Positions 52,633-64,000 of a DNA stretch of 64,000 bases are shown in pieces (the first letter of the stretch is position 1; each line of letters opens with the position of its first letter). The notes below the pieces were generated by a model, which saw only the letters and a program-made list of their open reading frames with translations, was not told the DNA's origin and did no database searches. This DNA is from Octopus sinensis (taxonomy: Eukaryota), in contig NC_043002.1 in NCBI RefSeq assembly GCF_006345805.1, positions 54,126,001-54,190,000 on the forward strand, written 5' to 3'. The translations under genes were made by a program, and so were the position numbers.

Positions 52633-53783
52633 GCCAACTTCAATTGGTGCCACTGTGAAGTTCAGATCTCAATAGTGTTTTCAAACAGCTAAAGTGAGAT
52701 TGATGACTCACCAACTCTATCAATTAGCAGTAAATCCGCAAAGTGGATTAGTTGACCTACACTGGCCGCTGGCTGAAGAGGCTCTTCCGTCCAGATTGTA
52801 TCGGGTGGTTTCGCCGAATAGAGATCATACGTCGAATACGCCCAACTTCACATCCGCCATGCTGCTCCCCATTAATTCGCTATGTCCTTGGCTCGGGGAT
52901 TTTCTTCATTGATGTTAACTCCTCTATGTGCATATTTTTGAATGACCGTTGACCCTTACGAGTTTCTCCGCCCTTTAATGGGGTTTGCTTTTCATCCCAC
53001 ACCGCATCCAAATCACTCTCCTCATCAAACAACTGTGTTGCGGTTGCCTGTTTAGTCGTCAACGACCCAACCATGCGACAGATTGTACTGAGTTACACGC
53101 TTCCAGTAGCTTTCGTGGGTGACCTGACATATATAATACAAGCAACATGGACTAAAACTTCCTTAAAATAATACTAAATTGTAATATTTTCACCAATTTC
53201 AATGTCATGATTAGTGAAACCGGTAGACTGTCATAATATTTTATCCTTTAAAATATATTTATTAAAATATATTAATTGTGTGCATTTTCCTTATGTTGTG
53301 TGGGTGTGTGGTGGTGGGGGGCATGCGTGCATGCATGCATGTATATATGTATGTATACTTCTTTCTTATTGAATATATCCTTATGACAGTATATTCATCT
53401 TACTATATACAGCTCATCACAGTATATATGCAACTGTATAGAGCCTCATCTCCCTCTATACATGAATCACAGAGAGATTCACACATACACACACACTCAC
53501 ACAACACGGATGAGTTCGCCAGCGCGTGGGCATAGCTTCCAATAGAATTGATTTCTCCTCTAGATAAACTGAATGAAGACACTATTTTTATTCAAAGTTA
53601 TGCTTGTCTCATTAATTATGGAGCTTCCACTTGATAGCTGATAAGCTAGAAATTACAGTCAAATCTTCTTTAAATCACATCCTACCGTCCTAGAAAAAAG
53701 ACCCAATGGATAATGTGTGCCTGGAAGCCCTAAACATAGGTAAAAAAAGGCCGCATAGTCATGGTTGGTATGCTTTTAATCAT

Positions 53784-54175
53784 GGAGGCGCAATGGCCCA
53801 GTGGTTAGGGCAGCGGACTCGCGGTCATAGGATCGCGGTTTCGATTCCCAGACCGGGCGTTGTGAGTGTTTATTGAGCGAAAACACCTAAAGCTCCACGA
53901 GGCTCCGGCAGGGGATGGTGGTGATCCCTGCTGTACTCTTTCACCACAACTTTCTCTCACTCTTACTTCCTGTTTCTGTTGTACCTGTATTTCAAAGGGC
54001 CGGCCTTGTCACTCTCTGTGTCACGCTGAATATCCCCGAGAACTACGTTAAGGGTACACGTGTCTGTGGAGTGCTCAGCCACTTACACGTTAATTTCACG
54101 AGCAGGCTGTTCCGTTGATTCGGATCAACCGGAACCCTAGTCGTCGTAACCGATGGAGTGCTTTCTCCCTTCCCC
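53784..54175 (+). mobile_element. SINE family C long type, 10-bp TSD
   Basis: TSD TTTTAATCAT at 53774-53783 and 54176-54185; nearly identical to 22899-23282. Confidence 0.94.
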
Positions 54176-54646
54176 TTTTAATCATAGGTCTTCTCAGTTA
54201 AGGTTGACCTGCGACTAAACAACAACAGCTAGGCCAGACCAATTAGAGAGTAAGTCATTTCGACCTGAAGCTAATCAACACTTAAATCAGAATTGAGTGG
54301 TATGTAGTCATACCTGCCAAGAATAACGCTAGAAAACAGTTATGTTGATTGCTCAATGATTCTTTAAAATATAGTATTTTTGTTGTTGTTCTTGCTATAA
54401 GAGCTGGTGATAGTAGTGGTGGTGATAGTGGTGGTAGTCACAGTTCTACTGCTGTTGGTTGTTAATGCTGGTCGCTACTGCTGTTGTTTAATCTCAGATA
54501 TACCCGGGTGGAGCAAACCTATTTTCAGGAACATTCAACAGCAAATTCTCCATATTTCCAAACATTATTTTTCCGTGATTGTACTGTCCGATATGTGTCC
54601 CATGTATGTGCACTTGTGTTATATTATATCATATCATGTTTTTATG

Positions 54647-54709
<63 letters not shown>

Positions 54710-54769
54710 CGTGCGTGCGTGTGTGTGTAGACACACACACACACACACAAATACAAACACGTACACTTA

Positions 54770-54950
54770 TGTTTGAAATATTCCTTTCTACTGTAGGCAC
54801 AAGGTCTGAAACTTTGGGGGAGGGGTTGAGTCGATTATATCGACCAGGGTGCGTAACTGGTACTTGTTTCATCGACGTCGAAAGGATAAAAAGGCAAAGT
54901 CGACCTCGGCGAAATTTGATCTCAGAACGTTAAGACAGACGAAATGCTGC
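54770..54950 (-). mobile_element. SINE family B
   Basis: AAAGGCAAAGTCGACCTCGGCGAAATTTGATCTCAGAACG is the reverse complement of the family B core. Confidence 0.85.
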
Positions 54951-55467
54951 CCGTGGCGCAATAAATTTACAGCAATCGCATGAAGGAGTCAACACTGCAA
55001 CAGCAGCAACGCAACATTACAGCTAATCCGTTTACTGTTTTATATATATTGCTAATAAAGATATATGGATTATGTAAAGGTGTCTCGCTTAATTATGAAA
55101 TGATAAAAATACGTGTTTCACCGAGCTGACACGAATTAAAAATTGTGATTTAACCCAGGGGAAGTAACTTTAAATCAAAACCTTGTTCTTTAACGGGAGA
55201 TAATCCACACATAATGTAATGCCTACGGTAAATCTTTATGCGCAAAGATTGGTGATAGATATATAATATATGATACACACGGGCTCTCATATATTTCTTA
55301 ATACGTTTCAGCCCTAACGTTGGGGCCATGCTAAGGCACCGCCAGTGTAATCACCTTTTCAATGGACAATCTTATGTGATTGGCTTTTGGTGACAATGCT
55401 GCTCTCTTTTGCATCTCCTGGCTTGATATTGATTCATCTGGGACCATGGATAGTAGAAGGTCAAATT

Positions 55468-55556
<89 letters not shown>

Positions 55557-55558
55557 AC

Positions 55559-55615
<57 letters not shown>

Positions 55616-55656
55616 AGGACGGACAGGCGAATGGATTGATGGATAGACAGATAGAT

Positions 55657-55715
<59 letters not shown>

Positions 55716-55742
55716 AGCAAAACATTCAAACACTGAGATTTA

Positions 55743-55818
<76 letters not shown>

Positions 55819-56355
55819 CAGTAATACTTCACTTTACGAGGACTCGCTTTATGACACCTCGGGTCTACGAGTTTATTTTTCAAGCACAAGATCCAAATTT
55901 TGAACGAAGTGTGAAACTTTCTATTACCATAACAAATGCTTCTGCTTGTTACCGAGAAATTTAGAGAGTGAAAAAAAATCTTCTTCTAAACAAACAACTC
56001 CAGACTTGTTTTTTTTTTTTAAAGAAATCCACAAGTCCGTCTACGCGTGCTTGTGAATCGGTGATCGCATCTACAAATGATGGTGTGCGTGAGTCTAATG
56101 CGAGTGAAAGTGATTCAGAAAACGATACTATTTCTTTTATTATAAATGATCTTGACATTCTTTTTACATAGAATATTCTTACATTCTACAGTTGTTTTAT
56201 TGCGATTTATTTACGAGTATTATAAATTTCATTAGTAAAGTATTTTTTCTAAGAACGAAGTACGATTTCTAACATTGCTACTATAGGAAATTATTGCTCT
56301 GTTTTACGAGATTTTGCTTTACGAGCAAATTAACACGTATATCGAAGTATTACTG
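55819..56355 (+). mobile_element. pogo/Tigger-like MITE
   Basis: TA|CAGTAATACTTC ... GAAGTATTACTG|CA terminal inverted repeats, with repeated TTTACGAG subterminal motifs. Confidence 0.7.
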
Positions 56356-56394
56356 CATATATATATATATATATATGTATATATTATTTACATT

Positions 56395-56613
56395 ATGTAC
56401 ATTATTTACACTTGATGGATATTTGTCCTCATCTTGTTTGTTGTTAACACAACGTTTCGGCTGATATACCCACCAGCCTTCATCAGGTGTCTTGGGGAAA
56501 TTTCGAACCTGGGCTCTCATTCCTAAGGTACTTTTTCAATGTTATTATTGTTGTTGTTGTTGTTGTTGTTGTTATTATTATTATTATTATTCAGATCGCG
56601 AATAATAATGTGA

Positions 56614-56673
<60 letters not shown>

Positions 56674-56877
56674 TGATGATGATGATCATAATGATAACAT
56701 TGAAAAAAAATACTTTTGGAAGGAGAACCCAGGTTGGAAATTTCCCCAAGACACCTGATGAAGGCTGGAGGGTATATCAGCCGAAATGTTGTGTTAACAA
56801 GAAAGAAACAAGATGAGCACAAATATCCGTCAAATGTAAATAATATACATAATTCCTCATCTCTTAAATACAGAACA

Positions 56878-56880
<3 letters not shown>
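56395..56880. mobile_element. Head-to-head inverted pair of Penelope-like terminal repeats separated by (GTT)/(AAT)n
   Basis: Arms 56395-56548 and 56695-56852 are near reverse complements, each with a minimal hammerhead; the right arm has a unique tail to 56880. Confidence 0.88.
56447..56490 (-). ncRNA. Minimal type I hammerhead (PLE type), intact core
   Basis: ACAC-CTGATGA-A-GGCTG-GTGGGTATAT-CAGCC-GAAAC-GTT-GTGT. The plus-strand partner at 56751-56794 has GAAAT. Confidence 0.8.
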
Positions 56881-56920
<40 letters not shown>

Positions 56921-57833
56921 GTTATGTGTGTGTGTGTTTACGCATGTATGTATATATACGCGCATTTTGCTTGCGAACGAACGAACGACCGAAAGAAAAA
57001 TTTGTAGCAGAGTAATTCAGGCTCTTTTAGGTAAGATCTTATTACTACAGTTCTACCTTGGTAGAGTTTCGTTGTAATAGATTCATTTTTGTCAAAACGC
57101 GTCTGTTAGACGAAAAGGTATCTTACCAGAAATATTGATTCACACATGATTACAATAGTATAAAGGGAAAGCACTCTATTCATACTTGTGGTTATCAAGG
57201 GCAGTTACTCCAAATGATTTATTACAACAGCTGGTGTAAATAAACCTTAAAATCCACGGCTTATTGATGTAGTAAGCGCTGCTATCATTTGGGTGTTTTG
57301 TGGCTCCTGTTTAATCTCGCACAGAGAACTCTGAGAAGTAGCTGGTCACAGGGATTTCACATAGGTGGATTTTCGGTCTTGCGGTTGAGTTCACGATGAC
57401 AAAAATTAAGGAAGTATAACCTGAAAGAAACAAAAAACATGTCGTAAAATACGACTCTAGTGAATACAATTTCTAGAAAAATTTTAAGAACTGTCGTGAC
57501 TTCTAGTACAAAATATGTGAATAATGTATTGTCCCACAACAGTTCATTTCTTTTGAGCACATAAGGGATTGTGTTGAGAGAGTCTTCTTGGTGTAAGATT
57601 TTTATTTTGTTTTTGTTTTTGCTTTTTGTTGGGGGGTTTTTTACAACTAAATTGTAAGTTACATCAGACCTTTTTTTTTTTTTTCATATATATATATCTC
57701 AACGTTTCTAGACCTGCAAGTTCGAGAAATGTTAAGAAATCATATTATCCCACTGAGTACAGTGTAACATTGTGGTCTACTGTCTAGTATGTTTTCGACT
57801 GTATATGAGATCAGTAATGTTGGTCACCATGTC

Positions 57834-58093
57834 CAGTAAGCTCACCGTCATCAAATCACCTCAACGAAAGTTCACCGTCATCAATTCACCGCGGGAAAAG
57901 TTCACTGTAAGGAATGTTCACTGCGTGGAAAGTTCACCTCAAGGAAAGTTTACGGAGAGATAGGTTCAGAGTAAAAGAATAAAAAAAAATTTTAACCTAT
58001 TTCCGAACTCTAAAGTTCACAGTGAACGTTCTTCACGGTGAATTGATCGCAGTGAACTCTCCTGCGATGAATTGATGGCGGTAATCTTACCTG
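57834..58093. mobile_element. Fold-back MITE with ~75-bp TIRs built from TTCACCG/TTCACTG subrepeats
   Basis: CAGTAAGCTCACCGTCATCAAATCAC... aligns with the reverse complement of ...GATGAATTGATGGCGGTAATCTTACCTG. Confidence 0.75.
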
Positions 58094-58432
58094 TAATCGT
58101 TGGTCACAACAGGAACGGACATGGTGGATTCAATCGACGTACGATATTTACTGTTCCTTTGTACTTATCATAGACGGTGTACCTTCTAACAGTGTTGCAG
58201 CTAATAAGTTGTTGCTATTGTGTTTATGGAATGCCAGTCGAAGCGGGTTCAGATTTTGTTGGGAGTGAGTGAGAATGATAGCGTTCTTATGATAGATGTA
58301 GATCAGTTTCAGAGTTTGGAAGTGACCGGAATGCAGAGAGAGAAGACGGCGTTAAATGAATAATGCTGTGGTGACAAACATTTCTGTTATCATTTATAGT
58401 TGTTATGCACCATCGTATGATATATACATATA

Positions 58433-58517
<85 letters not shown>

Positions 58518-58768
58518 AGAGAGGCAGGCTAAATTAAGCTATACCCGTCACTTACAAGCAAGAACTACTTGGTAGAATGTACCATGCTTTCGCTACAACG
58601 GCAAATTGTACTCGTGTTGTCGCAAGTAGACACAGGCACATTCTCAGTTTTCCCACTCTTGACTCGGTGGAACATACTAGATGTGACAGCTGGAGGATTA
58701 GAGGGTTATACCAGCACTATTTTGATATTTTGTCTGTGTGTGTGTGTGTATGTGTGTGTGTGTGTGCA

Positions 58769-58799
<31 letters not shown>

Positions 58800-58802
58800 G
58801 TA

Positions 58803-59762
58803 CAGGGTGACCCCCCCCAAAAAAAAAACAGAACCCATAAATCTTTGAATGAACCCGTTAATTTTAATATTACTTCTTTTCTTTTCCAGAGTATACAAGT
58901 CGACTTTGTGCATGAAAGATTGGAACAATAGTCTACCCCAACATGTCTTGGTCAACCAAGGAAAAGACATTTTGCTTGGAGTCCAATTTCACCAACAAAT
59001 TATAAACTGCAGTGCAAGCAAATTTTCAGAGACAGTTTCGGTGTCGTCATGCTCCATCAAGAAGCAAAATTTTTGACTAGGTTCAAAAGTTCTGTGAGTA
59101 TGGGACTGTGCAAAGTGCACGGCATGGGTAGCAATCTCTAAATATGGCATCATCGGCTCATATTGGTTCGAAGACGAAAATGAGGAAGCTCAAACGGTGA
59201 ATATGGAGCGCTATGTGGCAGTGCTGAGGAAGTTTTGGGCATCATTGGGACGACGCAGTGGAATAGATCGAGATTAACAGTGGTTGCAGCAAGACGGGGT
59301 CACCCACCAACGCATCAGATGACTTCCTAACCTGGCTGGGAGAGCGATTTCAGGAGAGACTGATCAGCAGGAAGTGTGACGTTGAGTGGGCATCGCATTC
59401 ACCGGACTTGACCCCACCAAATTTTTATCTGTGGGTGTATCTCAAGGATAATGTTTACCAGAACAACCATCAAATGATTGGTGAACTGTAGGCAGCAATC
59501 ACAGCAGAAATCAAGGACATCCCCAAAGGGGAGTGTGTTTGAGTAATTGACAATTTTGCCCGACGTTTGCAAGTGTGCTTCCAACGCCGCGCACGCCATT
59601 TGGAGCATATTTTAAAAAGAACATGACTTTTATGTAAAGCGAATGATCGTACACAGACCGAAGTTTAAGTCCAGCAAATTTCTTGAAATTTGCCAGGACC
59701 TTAGTAGGATTTAATAAAAATTTTATGGGTTCTGTTTTGTTTTTTTGGAGGGAGGGGCCTTG
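58803..59762 (+). mobile_element. Internally deleted Tc1/mariner rosa-type (DD41D) element with TIRs and TA TSD
   Basis: TA|CAGGGTG...AACAGAACCCATAAA versus TTTATGGGTTCTGTT...CCTTG|TA; MSWSTKEKTFCLE..FQRQF HTH; LQQDG...WASHSPDLTPPN after frameshift correction. Confidence 0.9.
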
Positions 59763-59789
59763 TATGCATATGTGTGTGTGTGTGACCTT

Positions 59790-59990
59790 GTGTGTACCGT
59801 TGGCGATTTTTTTCCTCTGTCTTCCCTTCTCTGGATCTTTCCTTCTCCTATGTTTCCGACGAAGAGCTCCGCTCGAAACGTTAAACCCTCCTTCTTCCCT
59901 TCTTTCCTGAGCGTCCAATAATACTATATTTGTTCCACGTCCTCGCGTTGTTGTGGGGGTTTTTTTGTGTTTTCTTGTTTGGATTAACTA
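59790..59990 (+). mobile_element. Penelope-like terminal repeat fragment with minimal hammerhead
   Basis: GTTT-CCGACGA-A-GAGC-TCC-GCTC-GAAAC-GTT-AAAC at 59852-59886. Confidence 0.65.
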
Positions 59991-60080
59991 TATATATATA
60001 TGTGTGTGTGTGTGTATGTATGTATGTGTTTATACATACACACACACACACAACACACCTTTGCATGTATGTATGTATAT

Positions 60081-60240
60081 CTTTTACTTGTTTCAGTCAT
60101 TGCACTGCAGCCCATATTGGGGCACCACCTTGGAGAAGTTTTAGTCGAATGAATCGACCAGTAAATTTTCTTTTTTTAAGCTGGGACTTACTCTATCGTT
60201 CTCTTTTGCCGAACTGCTAGTTATGGGGACGTAAATACAG
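60081..60240 (-). mobile_element. SINE family A 3' fragment
   Basis: CTTTTACTTGTTTCAGTCATTG...GCACCACC. Confidence 0.8.
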
Positions 60241-60366
60241 GTAAAAGACACACACACACATACATATATGGGTGTAAGTACACAGGCTTAAACACACACA
60301 CACATACACACACACGCACGCGCGCGCGCTCACACGCACGTGTATCGCCAGTATATCATTTGTCAA

Positions 60367-60420
60367 GCCTGGTTAGTACTTAGACGGGTGACCATTTGGG
60401 AAATCTAGGTGTTGCAAGCA
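60367..60420 (+). pseudogene. 5S rRNA-derived fragment (3' half, internal control region)
   Basis: GCCTGGTTAGTACTTAGACGGGTGACC...TGGGAA...GGTGTTGCAAGC matches the recalled metazoan 5S GCCTGGTTAGTACTTGGATGGGAGACC..TGGGAA..GGTGCTGTAGGC. Confidence 0.75.
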
Positions 60421-60617
60421 TCTCAACCACATGGTCCCATGTTCAGTCCCACTGTACAGGTGTGTAGTAACCATGTCAGAATTAGATGTTACCCAGCATT
60501 TACATGGTTTGGGGTTTGCTTCCCAACCCTGTTTCAGGTTCAGTCTCTGTGTGTTGCCCCTTGGGCAAGTGTCTTCGATGATTGTAACTAACTTTACCGT
60601 TGTTACAATCATCTGAA

Positions 60618-61554
60618 ATGGAACTGTCAAAGTGCGGTGTTCGAGCAATTTTGCAATACAACTTCTTCAAAAAGGACATAAAGCAGCTGAAACTGCTCGC
60701 GATATCAACGAAACGTTCGGTGAGGAAATGACCAGTGAGTAGTCAGCTCGAAAATGGTTAAAACGATTTCGCAGTGGAGACCTGAACCTTGAAGATAGTG
60801 AGCGTAGTGGACGCCCATCTGTCATCGATGACGCTCAATTAAATACCGCCAACGAGAATTGACAAAAGAACTTCAAGTTAGCCAGAAAACTGCCTTCAAC
60901 CATTTGCATACAATTGGAAAATCAAGAAAGCTCAACAAATGGTACCACACGATTTGAATGAAAAACAGAGAGTGCGCAGATAGGAAATTTGCTCGTCGCT
61001 TCTTCTCCGTAACCAGACCGATCCATTTCTCGATCGTATTGTAACTTGTGATGAAAAGTGGATTCTGTACAATGATAAAAAACGTTCTTCGCAGTGGTTG
61101 GACCAAAATAAAGCACCGAAAACCTTCCCTAAACCCGAGCTCTTCAAAAAGAAAGTTATGGTGACTGTTTGGTAGTGTACTCCTGGACTCATCCATTATA
61201 ACTTCTTAAAACCCGGAAAAACCATTATTGCAGAAACATATTGCCATGAAATTGCCAAAATGAACGAAAAACTGTTACTCCTCCAAGACTGGTCAACAGA
61301 ATAGGGCCAATCATTCTTCATGACAATGCTCGACCACACGTTTCACTAATGACGCTCCAGAAGCTGAGGGAACTTGGCTATGAAGTTCTTTCCACAAAAC
61401 TTATTCCCCAGACCTTACTCCTACTGACTACCATTTTCTCAAGCACCTTGATGGTTTCCTGAGAGAGAAGGGGTTCAAAAATTAAACCGATGCTGAAAGT
61501 GCGTTCAAAAGTTCATCAGCTCCAGAACACCAGATTTTTATGTTACCGAAATAA
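60618..61554 (+). mobile_element. Mariner (DD34D, Hsmar1/cecropia-like) transposase pseudogene
   Basis: KWLKRFRSGDLNLEDSERSGRP, IVTCDEKWILY, KKVMVTVW, ILHDNARPH and YSPDLTPTDYH, with stops and frameshifts. No TIRs seen. Confidence 0.92.
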
Positions 61555-62820
61555 GGCTCTAAGAAACAAAGTCCTGCGTCGATTTGTTTCGACTAAAACG
61601 ATTCAAGGCGGTGCCCCAGCATGGCCGCCGTTGTCAAAAAATGGCTGAAACAAGAAAAACAAAAAGATAAAAAGGAATATTTCAGAATGCGGACCCACAT
61701 AAATTAATTCTAAAAAAGGTCATGGGCTTCCTGTCTTCCTTTGATTGAACGAAGAAAATATGTATTGAAAAATGTACAAATATTGTTAATTTTTGTTCCT
61801 TTCTTTTATCTTAACGTAAAATTTAATAGATTATTCAGCTCGTTTATAAAATTCCTTGCACTTTTGATTTTGGGGGGTTTTTTTTCTCTAATTACTCTTG
61901 ATATCGATACAAAGTAATGTTTGTGTTTTGTTTTGTTTTGTTTTGTGTTTGTTTTCGTTTTAGTTTTTTTATCGGACACATAATGATTCTTGTTTGTTTT
62001 TTTTTTTTTATCAGGCATAAATAATTCTTGACTGATTTTGTAAGTCGTGCGTTCGATTATGATGATGATGATGATGATGACGACGATGATGCCAAAGACA
62101 AGGATAAGAACAGTAAAGGGGATGTGAGGAAGCGGAGGTGGGAACAAGGAATGAAGGGATGAGGAGGGGGGAGGCAGAAATTATGGAGAGGAGGAGATGA
62201 TGGGGAGAGGATGAGGATGGGACGGGGAGATGATGATGAGGAGGAGGAGGAGGTATTAATGTCATTGTCATTTTTGTTATTGATTACAAAACTATTTTCT
62301 AATGTTTCAATTAATTTCTATAATCTGTCGTTGGCTCTGTGCCCGTGTGGTATCAGTTGACAAACAGTGATCATTACTATTGCAGTAGCAAACAAGTGCT
62401 ACAGATACCGCAGTTGTGTTGATACGTTGACCTACTGACCTCAGAAAATTATATCTTCCTTGACGACCGAGGAAACCGCTAATGTGGCCGACCGACCGAC
62501 CTGCTAGGAATAGCAGCCAAATTTCATTCAAATCACACTATACTGTCTTTGAAGATTGAAGGACACATCAGATAACTTGACATAATACTATATGCTTACT
62601 TAGAAGCAGAAGGGAAACGAGATGGTTGGATAATATCCATGATCTTGGGTGGTTACGCTTGGGAATCCGTACGGAAAATGTAATGATAGCACGTCCTGTC
62701 GCCTCAAACATTGGATAACCCACTGCAGCATTCCATTCCACTCGCTTCTCCTTCTAATCCCTGGCTTCACACTAAACATTACACCCATTTCTTCCTTTGC
62801 ACAACGGCGGTCCTCTAGAG

Positions 62821-63319
62821 CAGTGTTTTCCGACCTATTTTCCCCCAGGTCCCATTATAACTTTCCAGAAAACTGTTTTCCCCACTAGTAGTTTGAAAAA
62901 ATCTACTTTATTTTTATTATCTAATGATAAGGCGGCGAGTTGGCAGAATCGTTATCACACCGGGCAAAATACTTAGCGGTATTTCGTCTGTCTTTACGTT
63001 CAGAGTTCAAATTCCGCCGAGGTCGACTTTGCCTTTCATCCTTTCGGGGTCGATAAATTAAGTACCAGTTCAGTACTGAGGTCGAGAGAGAGAAAGAAAG
63101 AAATTTGTTATTTCTAGTAAGTTGAGTAACAACATAAGAAACCGTTTCACAACATTTTCACCAGCAAGGACCCTGCTTTCGTTTAAAATGGGTTTTCCCA
63201 CAAACCCACCTCAGGCTTTTGAGAGGTCCTTCTACACAAATTTTTAAACTCAGCTCGCAGGTTCCCAATACTAGCTTTGTGTACCCCAGAGATTCTTAGA
63301 CCCAGGCTGGGAACCACTA
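62821..63319. mobile_element. hAT-type MITE containing a SINE family B copy (62931-63085)
   Basis: CTCTAGAG|CAGTGTTTTCCGACC versus GGCTGGGAACCACTA degenerate TIRs. The right TSD is not conserved. Confidence 0.55.
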
Positions 63320-63934
63320 AACGACGATGATGGTAGATACATGTTTTTTGTTGTTGTTTTTTTTTACTATATATGTTTTTTGTTTTATTTAATTGCTTTT
63401 TTCTTGCACTAATTCTTCAATTGCTAGAGGGTTATCAGGCAAATTAATTATCTTTATTGAATTGAATTCTGAAAAAATAGGAAATAACATTATATAAATC
63501 CACTCTTCCACACAATTTTACATGACAGTAAAATCGATAAGAAGAAAGAGAAATGTTTATATTCTGTTTTATTTATTTATTGTATTTATTTCTCTTTTTT
63601 TTTTTATTGTAAACCTAAATTACAATTCGTGTTACAATAACAATTACAACCATTTTTAAGAAAATGCCGCAAGATTTATTTCCACATCGCACCTTATCCG
63701 TATATTTTTAATATTTTCATCACGATAAATAGATAAATATTGATTTTTCAACACTGGCACTAAGCTACAAATATGTGTTTGTTTGTTTGTTTGCTTTATG
63801 GGGTGGTGTCCATAGGGAAGAATATAATGAGTTGGACCGTACCCAATACTTGACTGAAATAAACAAGCAGTTATGTTATTGATCAGAGAAGTGTGAAAAG
63901 TACAATCATCTCTGGCGGGACTGGAAACCATATA

Positions 63935-64000
63935 GGCAGTCATGGCTGGGTGGTTAAGAAGTTTGTGTCACAACGACGTAGTTTCAGTTTCAACCCCCAT
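63935..64000 (+). mobile_element. SINE family A head, cut by the window end
   Basis: CATGGCTGGGTGGTTAAGAAGTTTG...GTTTCAACCCC. Confidence 0.6.

Noticed and set aside
52773-52820. CTGAAGA-GGC...GCC-GAAT as a hammerhead
   Set aside because: No GAAA, stem III or stem I support; likely chance.

Overview
This is a very repeat-rich, AT-rich metazoan window with no host protein-coding gene that I can identify. The microsatellite density and the tRNA-derived SINE families suggest an octopus genome (inference from recalled repeat families, not a database match). Most ORFs in the track are microsatellite translations. Mobile elements: a young 5'-truncated L1/Tx1-clade LINE (38140-41667, minus) inside a (GATA)n array with a 29-bp target-site duplication; three stacked R4/Dong-type 3' ends (30691-32962), each bounded by (TATG)n; a CR1-type fragment; a decayed Penelope-like element (RT plus GIY-YIG, 48330-49875); four Tc1/mariner relics; pogo, hAT and other MITEs; three non-autonomous Helitrons; more than 30 SINE copies from four families; and a 5S rRNA-derived fragment. 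The most striking signal is a set of short fold-back (inverted-repeat) units next to (TA)n tracts. Several carry type I hammerhead ribozyme motifs pointing outward from the centre, including a 128-bp spacerless palindrome at 42992-43119. Solo hammerheads also occur, and two of the motifs (12298 and 43054) share the same unusual stem II base. I interpret these as non-autonomous Penelope-derived, retrozyme-like elements; self-cleavage is untested. Element boundaries were read by eye and are approximate unless TIRs or TSDs are quoted.
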